Source of the DNA: Azolla caroliniana
Lineage: Eukaryota > Plantae > Polypodiophyta
DNA: 33,938 bases
Reading direction: 5' to 3'
Assembly (NCBI GenBank): GCA_043228905.1
Contig: JBHGNT010000333.1
Coordinates: 1-33,938 of the forward strand
Position numbers and translations under genes: made by a program
The notes under the pieces: model-generated
Told to the model about the DNA's origin: nothing
Databases searched by the model: none
What the model saw: only the letters and a program-made list of their open reading frames with translations
Shown here: positions 1 through 10,099 of the stretch, piece after piece
How the letters are laid out: the number at the start of each line of letters is the position of its first letter
Numbering within the stretch: position 1 is the first letter of the stretch

Positions 1-105
1 AATATTGTTGGGGAGAAATAAAAAACAACATTGATTCTAGAGAGTTGTTGCAAAACAAACATGGCTGCTCCAATTGACCATTTCGGGCTCTTAGAACAGA
101 ACTCC
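1..105 (-). pseudogene. Duplicated fragment of a plastidic glucose transporter (MFS sugar porter) gene, second copy; runs off the window edge
   Basis: Minus strand reads EFCSKSPKWSIGAAMFVLQQLSRINVVFYFSPTI, with the sugar-porter ESPxW and QQLSGINAVFYF signatures. Near-identical to 394-508. Confidence 0.8.
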
Positions 106-339
106 TTCATGTTTGCCTTTTGTGTCGCATGTACTGAAGACCATAGCCCACCTATAAACAACATCTACGAATATCCAGCTTTTTCGATGGTTCAATCACA
201 CAAAGACCAACATCTTTGAAGGAGAGGAGGCGACAATGTCACCAAATGAGCCACATAATAACACCTCCTCAGAAAACTTGTCTTTCACATCATATTCCAT
301 GTCCTCTGTCTCCCAATCATATATGTCAGGTCTGGATCT

Positions 340-670
340 ACAATCCCAACATAAACACTTGTGAACAAAACAGAACAGATTCCAGCATTTCTAAATATTG
401 TTGGGGAGAAATAAATAGAAATAAAACACAGCATTGATTCCAGAGAGTTGTTGCAAAACAAACATGGCTGCTCCAATTCACCATTTCGGGCTCTTAGAAC
501 AGAACTCCATCCCAACTAAGAGCACTGCAGCAGGCAAGATGGATATCCAAAATCAATTCCTCCAACAACCACGAACAGTTTCTACTGGAAGCCCAATTAC
601 CAGAGCACAAAGTATTCCAATGCATGTAGCAATCTGGCAAAGACTACCATTAGAGACTACCATACGTTCC
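340..670 (-). pseudogene. Fragment of a plastidic glucose transporter (pGlcT-type sugar porter), internally deleted
   Basis: Minus strand: GTYGSLCQIATCIGILCALVIGLPVETVRGCWRN*FWISILPAAVLLVGMEFCSKSPKW joined directly to *IGAAMFVLQQLSGINAVFYF(S)PTIFRNAGI..SVYVGIV. Contains in-frame stops and two small duplications; the central loop is missing. Confidence 0.85.
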
Positions 671-683
671 ATTCCTGTACCTA

Positions 684-1372
684 CTCATAATATTCTGCTT
701 CACCCCCCACACCATCTTCTCTCATCCTTATCCCTCAAAACAATTTTGCTTCTTAAGTCCACATCAACCATCTCGCCGATTACCACCAAATTCCTGTATA
801 CAAAATAACAAAGTGATTATAAAATGTTTCCTCATCCCCTCATATAATTGTTTCAACCCCCATACCATCGTCACTCGTCCTCTCGTCATGACTAACTCTA
901 TAAAGACAATAACTACATGACAACAACTAGAAGACTATCCTGTTTGTTGCACTCCCTAAGATGAAACCTAAAATCTTCTTCACTCTGTGCCATGCCACCA
1001 AATTCCATCAAGCATCATCCACAACAACCATCTCGCCTTCTCGCTAATCGGCACCAAATTTTGGCTTGTCATGTCCTTGATTTCCTTCCATCAAGCATCA
1101 TCCACAACAACCATCTCGCCTTCTCGCTAATGGGCACCAAGTTTTGGCTTGCCATGTCCTTGATTTCCTTCCATCAAGCATCCTGCCATATAGACCGCAA
1201 ACAAATTAATGTAAAAATTCCCTCACCAACTCATGATAATATGCTTCTTCAACCCCCACACCATCTACACTCATCATTATCACTCATAAGAAATTGCTTC
1301 TTACATCCACAACCATCTCGCCTTCTCGCTAATCGACACCAAGTTTTGCCTTGACATGTCCTTGATTTCTAC
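684..1372 (+). repeat. Degenerate C/A-rich tandem repeat family (core CCACA(T/A)CAACCATCTCGCC)
   Basis: Core recurs near 759, 1019, 1102 and 1308. An 83-bp near-perfect tandem unit starts at 1003, 1086 and 1169 (partial). Segment 684-775 resembles 1229-1322. Confidence 0.8.
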
Positions 1373-1428
1373 CAACATCACTTATCCTGACAAAAATATC
1401 AACAATCATGTATATTATATCATGTTAT

Positions 1429-2187
1429 TTATACTAAAGATGGTGCCGGTGGCGGGAATAACCACCGAGGTAGTACATAGTTCCACTTGACATCTGCAAC
1501 TTCATTCAACATAATAGGTATAGACGACCAAACTTTATGAATTCTCATTCTTTTCTTATTAGTTGCGTGACCAGAACCCTTATAACTATCATATTCACCT
1601 TTAACTGTATGTACCAATAAGTTCCAAAAAGACTTAACTTGATCCACGATGTGAGTGTTTTCATCATTGTATAGCTTGGAGCACCTAGCTTTCCAAAGAA
1701 TCCATAAAGCCAAAGAGGAGACAATTTGCCAGACGTGACTACGGCAGAAAAACTTGATTCCCTGCAAGGAGGTTGAAGTATAATATACCTGCAAACTTGT
1801 GACACGTAATGTCAAAGAAGAATAATGATGATGATAGAAAGTCATTTGTTGATCTAACCTTCCCCATAAGACTGCACCCCACGTAAAAATCCCCGACCTA
1901 TACTTACGACCTTGTAGCCTAAGAATTCTAAACCAAAATTTTTTTGCGACAACACATTCCCAAAATACATGATGCGATGACTCATGTACATAACCACACA
2001 TAACGCATGACCGATCAGTTACATATACCCTCATCAAATCACCTACTGGCAACGCATAATGAACATGGCACCTTTTATTATTAACAAGGCTATATTCCTC
2101 GATTGAGAATAACGAGTTATCAGATAATATAACAGGCTCAATAGAAAACAAAGAATTTTCATTCGATTTTGAGGAAATTTTGCTCAA
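1429..2187 (-). CDS. Stand-alone zf-RVT (LINE-1 ORF2 C-terminal zinc-binding) domain ORF, 252 codons, no RT
   Basis: HYALPVGD..CVMC..HESSHHVFWECVVAKKFW and ALWILWKARC match the L1 C-terminal pattern. The frame has no stops, but starts at TTG. A TATAAAAG box lies on the minus strand near 2230-2237. Confidence 0.6.
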   Translation of the reverse strand: MSKISSKSNENSLFSIEPVILSDNSLFSIEEYSLVNNKRCHVHYALPVGDLMRVYVTDRSCVMCGYVHESSHHVFWECVVAKKFWFRILRLQGRKYRSGIFTWGAVLWGRLDQQMTFYHHHYSSLTLRVTSLQVYYTSTSLQGIKFFCRSHVWQIVSSLALWILWKARCSKLYNDENTHIVDQVKSFWNLLVHTVKGEYDSYKGSGHATNKKRMRIHKVWSSIPIMLNEVADVKWNYVLPRWLFPPPAPSLV

Positions 2188-2310
2188 GGCTAAGTCACAA
2201 CAACAATGTCCAAAATAGGCACAAGTTTGCTTTTATAATAAGCACCATGTCCAAAAACATATTTATTTTTTTAAATAATTAAAAATATTTTTTAAAATAA
2301 AAAATAAAAA

Positions 2311-2320
2311 ATATATAAAG
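2311..2320 (+). promoter_or_regulatory. Putative TATA box of the ParB-methyltransferase gene
   Basis: ATATATAAAG about 130 bp upstream of ATG 2448, at the end of an AT-only spacer. Confidence 0.45.
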
Positions 2321-2447
2321 GGAAGTCATCTTCTATTTCTCATTATCACGTTCAAGCAGAAGAAGAGCACAGGAACAGAAGAGCACTTAACAACCAAAAT
2401 CGTTGAGTTTTCGCCTCCCCAGTCAAGTCAACATCTCCACCATCAAC

Positions 2448-5400
2448 ATGAACAACGGAAAGAAAATTGCCAGGTATGTTTTCTAACCCAACATTTTAGA
2501 TTCCAAAAAGATTCCTTAAAGATTCTTTTTTTTATTCAACTTTTTTGAAAAATGGGCTTTTCATGATCAATAGATAAGATTTGGTCATTTTTTTGGTTGT
2601 TTTTTGGTTTATTTCTTCAAGTTTTTTATGTGACATTCTATACAAAAACATATGATTTTCGCTGATTTTTACCTTAGTTTAGAGGTCTATATTGCTTATT
2701 ATTAAGATTATTGTTATATCCTTGTCTCATGACTTGTTGTTTTCAGTGAGCCACGACAGAAGGTGTCATCCTTCAAACTAAAAATTCCATCACCAACAAA
2801 AAGACCTTCTGACACCATGATGAAAGCTGATTCTCGCAAAACATTTATCGAGTCAAGAGGTGACGACACTTCAAAGTCTTTTTTCGGTAACACGACGAAG
2901 ACTTTAGGCGAAAAGAGTGGGGAGTCTCGCCTGAAGAGCTACCCCCATGTGGAGTGGACACTGATCTACACCAGGAAGAAGGGGACCTCCATCTTATTCT
3001 TGCAAAGTCTGAAGGTGAAGGCAAGTTGTAGGTGGGAAAGACATTCACCTACGGCTACGTACGGAACATCGAATATGAAGACAACGACTCATCGAACCTC
3101 TTCTTCGATGTTGATAGCTCGGTGGGGGTTCGCAGAGTCAAGATTGATGAACATAATTTCAGAACTGACTCCTACCACCCTAAAGCCCTAAAAAAGGATG
3201 TTCAGACAAAAAACAACTTGATTCTTGCTTTGCACCCGTACATTAAGGGAGAGTTGATGGTCACACAAGCAACAACCCCACCAAAGTCTACCAAGAAGTC
3301 CAAACCGGAACATAAGAAGTATAAGAAAAGACAACAACCAGAAGAGGATGAGTCGGAGGTCCTCGAGTTCGTAGAAGATGAGGAGGAAGAAGTCGAGCTC
3401 GAAGTTATTCCTCCAGGGGGGCACATTTCATCTGGGATACTCACCTCAGAACAGAACCGGATCAAAGAAAATATTGTAAAGACGAAGCTTGTCCGTAAAG
3501 GACAATTATTTCACTTACCAATCTGCTCTATTCAACGGCCACCCATCGATCTAGAGACAAGAAGATGGGCTCTAGAAATAAGAGAGCCACATTCAGTGCA
3601 TGTGCAGAACTTAAAAAGCAAAATGAAGATTAATCCACATGCGACTGTAGTGCCATTCTTAATAATGGTCGACCGAGATCAATGCCCTACTATTGCTGAC
3701 GTCAAGTACAGTTCGGCAGATGACTACACATACTATGTGATTGGAGGATCCCACTCTGGTGAAGCTCGACGTCAACTAGTCAAGGAGTATCCTCTTACCC
3801 CTTTCTTCAAGTATCTAGAATGTAAAGTGTATGCAGGCCTTATACATGAAGAAGCCAAGTTGTTAGCTTGGGATCATAACAACGATAATGACTATAGACA
3901 AAAGATGTCATGTATCGAGCGCATCAGGTTCTTCCATCATGAGTACCTTGATGCGCTGCAAAAATTTGGTACTCGGTTGCATCTTGGATTGTGACAACAA
4001 TGTTTGCTTGAAGTGGGGATAACAGTTGACGAAAGCACCAAGTCTGAAGGCCTGAGAAAATATGACTTGTGGTTTCAACTTGCCTTTATAACATGGGAGG
4101 TGTGGAACCTCCTAGATCGCATTTTTAGTATTTGGGAGCATAAAGAAATAAAGGGTCAAAGATCAAAGAAGGCTAAGCTTGACCCATAGGTGGAGATGAA
4201 ATCTAAGTCACGTAAAAGTGACTTAGTAATTGAAGAGTTAGCCGAAGATATGAAGCTACTTCCTTGACGGTCACTACAAGGAATTAAGAATGATAGATTA
4301 TTGATATCTACATTATCAAGAGTGGCCGCCAAGGAGTTTAGCCTTGACGAAATGGTCACAGAGTTTCAAAAGTGAGTGATCTATGTGCATGTATCATTTT
4401 GATTTGATTGCTTTGTTGATTTGTTCTTTATTCTAATTTTAGTTTCTTTTGTTTTTTAGCCATAAGGTGTATATGAAGATTCAAGAGCCGATGATGAAAA
4501 AATTGTCCCTGCCTACGTGGGAAGAAGTGGAGCAATCTTGCCCAAAAACATCATCTTACAAGGCTCTTGAAGAATTCTTTATTGTGTTTAGAGAATGGGT
4601 ATGTATGTTCTACAAATATTAATTGATTTTTGGATAATGGGTTTCTTCTTACAAAATTTATAATTACAGACACCACCCCGTTCAAAGAAGAATAGTGACA
4701 GCAATGAAGGCATACCTAGCGCCTTCATCACCTATTTGGAATGAGCTAAATACAAGAAACAGATGACAAAAGGAAAGGAGCTCGAGGTGCCTAAGAACTT
4801 AGACACCGTAAAAAGCTTTTTGCACAAGAGCGATCCTTTCCAAACCATTGTATTATAGTGTATATAATGGTGATGTGGGTAATATGCTTGACATATTACC
4901 CAAGAGACATTATACATTGCTCGTGGCGGATACACCGTATGGCTTCAAAATATCAGGCTCGACATACGACGATGTGCCATACAAATATCCACAAATAGAA
5001 AAGATGGTTAAGGACTTTGCAGAGCTGACCCTTGCACCATTATGGCACATTGTTATATTTCACAGTATGGGTCAGGCGTTATCGGTCACGACTGCATTGA
5101 AGTCAAGATGCCATGCCACCAAACATATGCATTGGTAAGCATTATGTTACTATATATTTAATGTATGGATTCTATGTTTCTTATTACATGTTTATTAACT
5201 TGTTTCGATTCAATTATAAAATAGGGTTAAAACGAACATAACTCGTACCCTAGGTGATCGAATGGTGAGCGTTGTGGAGCACATGTGTGTGGGCTACTAC
5301 GACACAAATTCTAAGAAGAAGGCTCGGGCACATGTTAATGAGCGGGACGTTGTCAACTATATCATGTGCCTAGCTGTAACGAAGAAATTACGATACGTGT

Positions 5401-5954
5401 CTGGCGATAAGAGTTTAGTAAACCCTTATCAAAAGCCCCGACAATTGATTAATCGATTGGTCGAGTTGTTCTCGAACCCTGATGATTGGGTTCTCGACTT
5501 ATTTTCTAGAATAGATAAAATCTCATAAGTTTCATCAAATTTTTTAAAAATTAAAAATTATTTCTTGTCTTATTTTCTTACTTTTGTATGTGTGATTGTT
5601 TATTTAGGAACGACGACTAAATGTGCTCTTAAACTGTTCAGGAACTGCATCGAATTAGAAAAGGACCCCGACCAAGTCAATTTTATTAAGATGAGGATCC
5701 AAGGCATATGGGATTGTCCCGACCAGGACCAAGAGATTGGGGCAAAGCATATCAACGAAATTGAGATGTTTTAGATGGCTTCCAAAGAGCCGATGGAACC
5801 TATAGATGAGGAAGGAGGCAACCTTGTTGACCTTGAAGATGCACCGGGTTTTGATCATATACAAGATTCAGTTGAGGAGACAGAACATGTTGATGCAGCA
5901 TCACTGTCAGCTAATCTTGGAGAGCAACTTGTTCCAAACCTCCTAATGGAGTGA
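2448..5954 (+). pseudogene. Spliced ParB-like domain / beta-class N6-adenine or N4-cytosine DNA methyltransferase fusion gene (about 960 codons, disrupted)
   Basis: Exons 2448-2473, 2747-4371, 4460-4598, 4670-5134, 5225-5514, 5608-5954, separated by T-rich GT-AG introns (last donor reads AT). ParB-like YYVIGGSHSGEARRQL at about 3731-3778. MTase motifs in beta order: NGD..LLVADTPYG (DxPY 4929-4940), WVK, NPYQKP (5421-5438), SNPDDWVLDLFS(R)I|GTT..ALKLFRNCIELEKD. Six in-frame stops and two frameshifts. Confidence 0.85.
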
Positions 5955-6319
5955 TTGTATATTAGTTTGTATTTGTAACTATAAAATTGTAACACTAAAC
6001 TTGTTTTGGAATATAAGATTATTTTGTTTGAGTACCATTTCTTTACACTATCTTATTGGTTTGCAAACTTTAAGTGTCTATCATATATTTGTATTGGTTG
6101 ACTCGAAAAGTATGTGGTTGTTAAGTATAAATTTTATTGAATAGATGATGATGAACTTATCGATTGTATGACAAATGTTGGTTATAATTGTTTCTTTATT
6201 AATATAATTGAATTTAGCTTTATTCTAGGATTTCCGAGCTCTTTAATCTTGGCTATTTAGTTTCGAGTGTACAGAATAATATTAAGTCAACGTTGTTGCT
6301 CAGTTGATCTTACAAAAGG

Positions 6320-8547
6320 GGTATCCTCGTAGGGTACTAACTCGAACAAAAGAGGTACAAATGTTACAATCCTTCTACCCGAAAAGTTCGAGTAAGTCAA
6401 TACGTTGTTTTCGACGAGTCAACATCCTGGTATGACCCAAAGACGAGTCTGTTTTCGACTCTAGTCAACCCAGAATTGACCGAACAAGAGATAGAAGACG
6501 AATTTCAACTCGAACACATGTACGAAGACAGCCTGTTTACGACAAGGCTGAGTGCCCCACAAGAGCCCCCGAGTGACCGAAGCGCATCTCGGCTGAGTCT
6601 GAAACTCGACAAAGGGAAGGCCAAAATACCAGAATATGAAGACCTTATGGACGATGAGTCAACTCACGAGTCACTCCCTCAATAGTGAATTCGAAGGCCT
6701 CGACATCCGGACAAATGGAGCAAAGAAAGCACTAGTCTCTGCGAACGAGAAGCTACGCCGGTCCACCCGTGAAAAGAACCCCGTAAGCCGATTCGGCTAC
6801 GATGAGTACATGGTGTATCATTACGCCTTTATGATGAAGGTAGCAACTGTCTGAGAGCCGGAAACATTTTCTGAAGCCGTGGAGGACCCACAATGGGTCG
6901 ACACGATGAATGAAGAAATGCAAGACTTGTGCAAAAACGAGACATGGGATCTTATTCCCCATTCACCTCACAAGAAAGCGATTGGTTGTAGATGGATCTA
7001 TAAGGTTAAATACAATGCCGATGGCTCAGTAAATCACTTCAAAGCACGACTCGTCGCAAAAGAATACGCACAAACACACGGAGTCGATTACGAGTAGACC
7101 TTTGCCCCGGTGGCAAAGGTGACGATTGTGCGGACCATAATTGCACTCACAGGTGCGAAAGGGTGGCATCTCCACCAAATGGACGTCAAGAACGCCTTTC
7201 TTCAAGGCGAATTAGAAGAGGTGTACATGGTTCAACCACCCGGATTCGAATCGAAAAATCATCCAAAAGCAGTCTGTAGATTAAAGAAGCCATTGTGCGG
7301 CCTTAAGCAAGCACCATGTGCATTCGAAGATCACTCAGTATCTTCATCAAATTGGCTTTCAAATGTCAAAATAGGACAACTCCTTGTACATCTGAAACGA
7401 GTCGAACAACCCGATTGTCATCATCCTGTACATGGATGATCTAGTCATCGGAGGGAATGATCTCGTCGTGATTAATAAGGTAAAATCACTCCTATCCAAT
7501 AGATTTGAAATGAAAGATATGCATGAGCTCCATTACTTCCTTGGTATCGAAGTAATTTAGAGACCATTCAGGATATTGATCTCTCAACGGCACTACGTTC
7601 TCAACTTACTCTACAAGTTTGGAATGACCGAGTGCAAACCTGTGTCTACCCCTCTCGACCGAAATCTCACGCTCGATGTCGATTCGGGCACAACCGAGTG
7701 CGAGCCGACTCAGTATCGAGAACTGATCGGAAACCTAATCTATCGAACCATCACACAACCCAATCTTAACTATTATGTTGGCCTACTTAGCCAATTCATG
7801 CAGAATCCTTGAAATGTTCATCTTGATTGCACTAAGAGAGTACTTAGGTACATGCGAGGCCATTTGGCTCAAACGCATTTTGAAGGATTTGGGCGTTCCC
7901 ATCAAGGATTTGATTTTCCTATACTGCGACAACATGAGCAACATCTACCTGGCTCGGAACCCGGTATTTCACGCGACGAAACATATCGAAATTTACTATC
8001 ACTTTACCCGCGAGCGCGTACAAGCCGGAGATGTCGACCTACAACACATCAACACTCATCTTCAAGTGGCTGACATCTTCACAAAAGTGTTGGGTATTGA
8101 CAAGTTGCGGCAGTTCGTGACGAACCTTGGTCTCTCGATCACCGACCAACCGCGCTTGAGGGGGAGTACAGTAGCAGCTGATGCCGAATAGTAACCGATC
8201 AGTCGATTGAAGCCGACCAGAGGAGTCGAAGTACGAACAAACAATTGAACAGCCAAACACGAAGAATCGAACAATTGAAATCGTAAGCCGTGATGACTAG
8301 CCTTCCAAAAGCCGAAATGAAGATTGAACCGAACCAACTTTTCGACATTTGGAAGTTATGTTCGAAGGGGCGTGTTGATAATCGAACTCAACTTCCCATA
8401 GAGATAGTGTTCACACTAGCTAGTGGACAACATACTAGGCTAGTTTTGTAATTAGTGGAAAGGGCACTTGCCCTAGATCAATTGGTATTTAAACCAACCC
8501 TTTGTAACTTAGTTACTATTGGACGTAATATACAGTTTCTTGATTAG

Positions 8548-8603
<56 letters not shown>

Positions 8604-8664
8604 ATGTGCACATACACACACATACAATCCTTCCGCTACATAGAATCACTCTCGTTTACTTACA
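6320..8664 (+). mobile_element. 5'-truncated, degenerate Ty1/copia LTR retrotransposon (integrase C-terminus, RT, RNase H, 3' LTR)
   Basis: ILVGY*LEQKRYKCYNP..VVFDES; W..TMNEEM..NETWDL; KAIGCRWIYKVK; [12 protein letters not shown]; GLKQAP; YMDD (7429-7440); ATKHIEI..HF, QVADIFTK, RLRGS. Many stops and frameshifts, plus an internal RT/RNase H deletion near 7850. Confidence 0.9.
8373..8664 (+). repeat. Probable 3' LTR of the truncated copia, containing a (CT)n tract
   Basis: Purine-rich GAAGGGGCG immediately precedes TGTTGATA at 8373; (CT)n at about 8550-8598. The right end (TTACA, 8664) is inferred because no second LTR is available. Confidence 0.55.
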
Positions 8665-9697
8665 GAGATCATTGTAATTCTTTGCAAAAAGAGTTACTTG
8701 GGTCTTCTCGGTTATTATGTTGTCCAAGAAAGGAGAGATTGCGCTAGATTAATTTAATCGTTTGTTTCATTTGGGGGTCAAAGAGGTGGGAGATATAGTT
8801 GAGGCTCCATCTCAAAGAATTTGGGAGTTTGTTGGAGCACAAGAATTGTTACGCATCCCCGCCTAATTATGGGTTTATTTGGTAACAACTACAAAATATT
8901 GCATTGATGCAAGGTCCTTTATATCTACAAACAAGAGAACAACCGTGGATTGATTGGTGTTTACGAGGTTAGATGTCATTGTTACAAGTGACTACTAATC
9001 TTTTGTACCATTGCTCTGTTGAGTCTCTTGGATGGCTATCATCTAAGGCCGAAGAAGAATGAAAAATATACAAATCTGATCATGGTGGTGGTAGATCATA
9101 AAATGTAGTTGGCATTCTAAGTTGCCACTTGTAGCAAAGGTCTTCATTTGGAGGGTTGCCTCTAGGATTAGTTTTAAACTCTCGTGGACTAGCAACTGGT
9201 AATTGCTTATTTTGCATTGTTCAAATGGAAGATAGTACTCATCGGTTTATACAATGTTCGATTGCTTGTTAGATTTGGAGTTACATTTCTCAAATTTGGC
9301 AAGTTTTATCATGGTGTTATTTGACACCTAGACAGTGGGTGTTTGCACAATTTACATAGGTTGACCCAAAATCAGAGATGGAGATCGTTTTTCTATTTTT
9401 TAGATATTGGGGATTGCGTCATAATTGGAACATGCGCAACGTTTTTGTATTCGATGGTAGACATGGAGTGAAAGCATATCTACGAAAGTTGAAGGGAGTA
9501 CTAATGTGGCGATTTTCTTTATTGGAGCAAGTGGAAATCCTTTCCTCAGTGGAGTATTCGTCTTGCCTATTGGCAATTCAACATGTTCCACTACCCATGT
9601 AGTGTAGTGTAGTTAGTGGGTGACCATACTTCATGGTCACACTCATTGTAAGTAGTGTTTCTTATACACATTTATTAATATAATTGTGTGTTTTCAC

Positions 9698-9744
<47 letters not shown>
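8665..9744 (+). mobile_element. Degenerate LINE-1 3' remnant (zf-RVT region) ending in an (AG)n tract
   Basis: WHSKLPLVAKVFIWRV..CLFCIVQMEDSTHRFIQCSIAC*IW and WGLRHNWNMRNVFVF. Frame ends at 9602, followed by a short UTR and (AG)n at 9701-9744. The 5' boundary is approximate. Confidence 0.7.
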
Positions 9745-9746
<2 letters not shown>

Positions 9747-9847
9747 ATATGGTCTAACAAAGATGTGTGAAATAGAAGGGCCCCATTTTAAAAAGAAAAA
9801 GAGAGGGGTATTTCCATAATTATTTAAAATACCTGAGGGTATTGGCT

Positions 9848-9909
<62 letters not shown>

Positions 9910-9916
9910 CCCCCCC
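9848..9916. repeat. Compound (CA)n(CT)n(C)n microsatellite in the adaptin promoter/5' UTR
   Basis: Directly visible about 125-190 bp upstream of ATG 10041. Confidence 0.95.
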
Positions 9917-10040
9917 AGATCTGTACCTTACTAGCGAGGGAGAACCCACGATTAAATCGCCTCTCTGTTCATGATCTTGTGTGCGTAGCAGAGATTTCTC
10001 CATCCCCTGAGCTTCTCTGCTCCTTGTCGACGAAATAATC

Positions 10041-10099
10041 ATGCCTCAGAACGCTTCGCATCGATCTTCTTCCTCTTCTTCGTCTTCGACTCCATCAGG
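10041..10099 (+). CDS. AP4B: AP-4 beta exon 1
   Basis: [20 protein letters not shown]; GG|GTAAC donor; phase matches exon 2. Confidence 0.85.

Noticed and set aside
434-1354. ORFs 434-808 and 992-1354 (+), and the similar His/Ser-rich ORF 33576-33782 (-)
   Set aside because: They are antisense to the transporter fragment or translations of the C/A-rich repeat family, with no protein motifs.
2448-5954. Bacterial or phage contamination as the source of the methyltransferase
   Set aside because: It has spliceosomal introns, a TATA box and plant-type mutational decay, and is contiguous with plant retroelements.
5960-6320. Terminus (CACTA/TAGTG, Helitron hairpin-CTAG or TIR) of the putative methyltransferase-bearing element
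   Set aside because: No convincing terminal structure or TSD was found before the copia junction.
9824-10042. ORF with ERERER/CVCVCV; likewise the FFLS-repeat ORF 19904-20095
   Set aside because: Translations of microsatellites.
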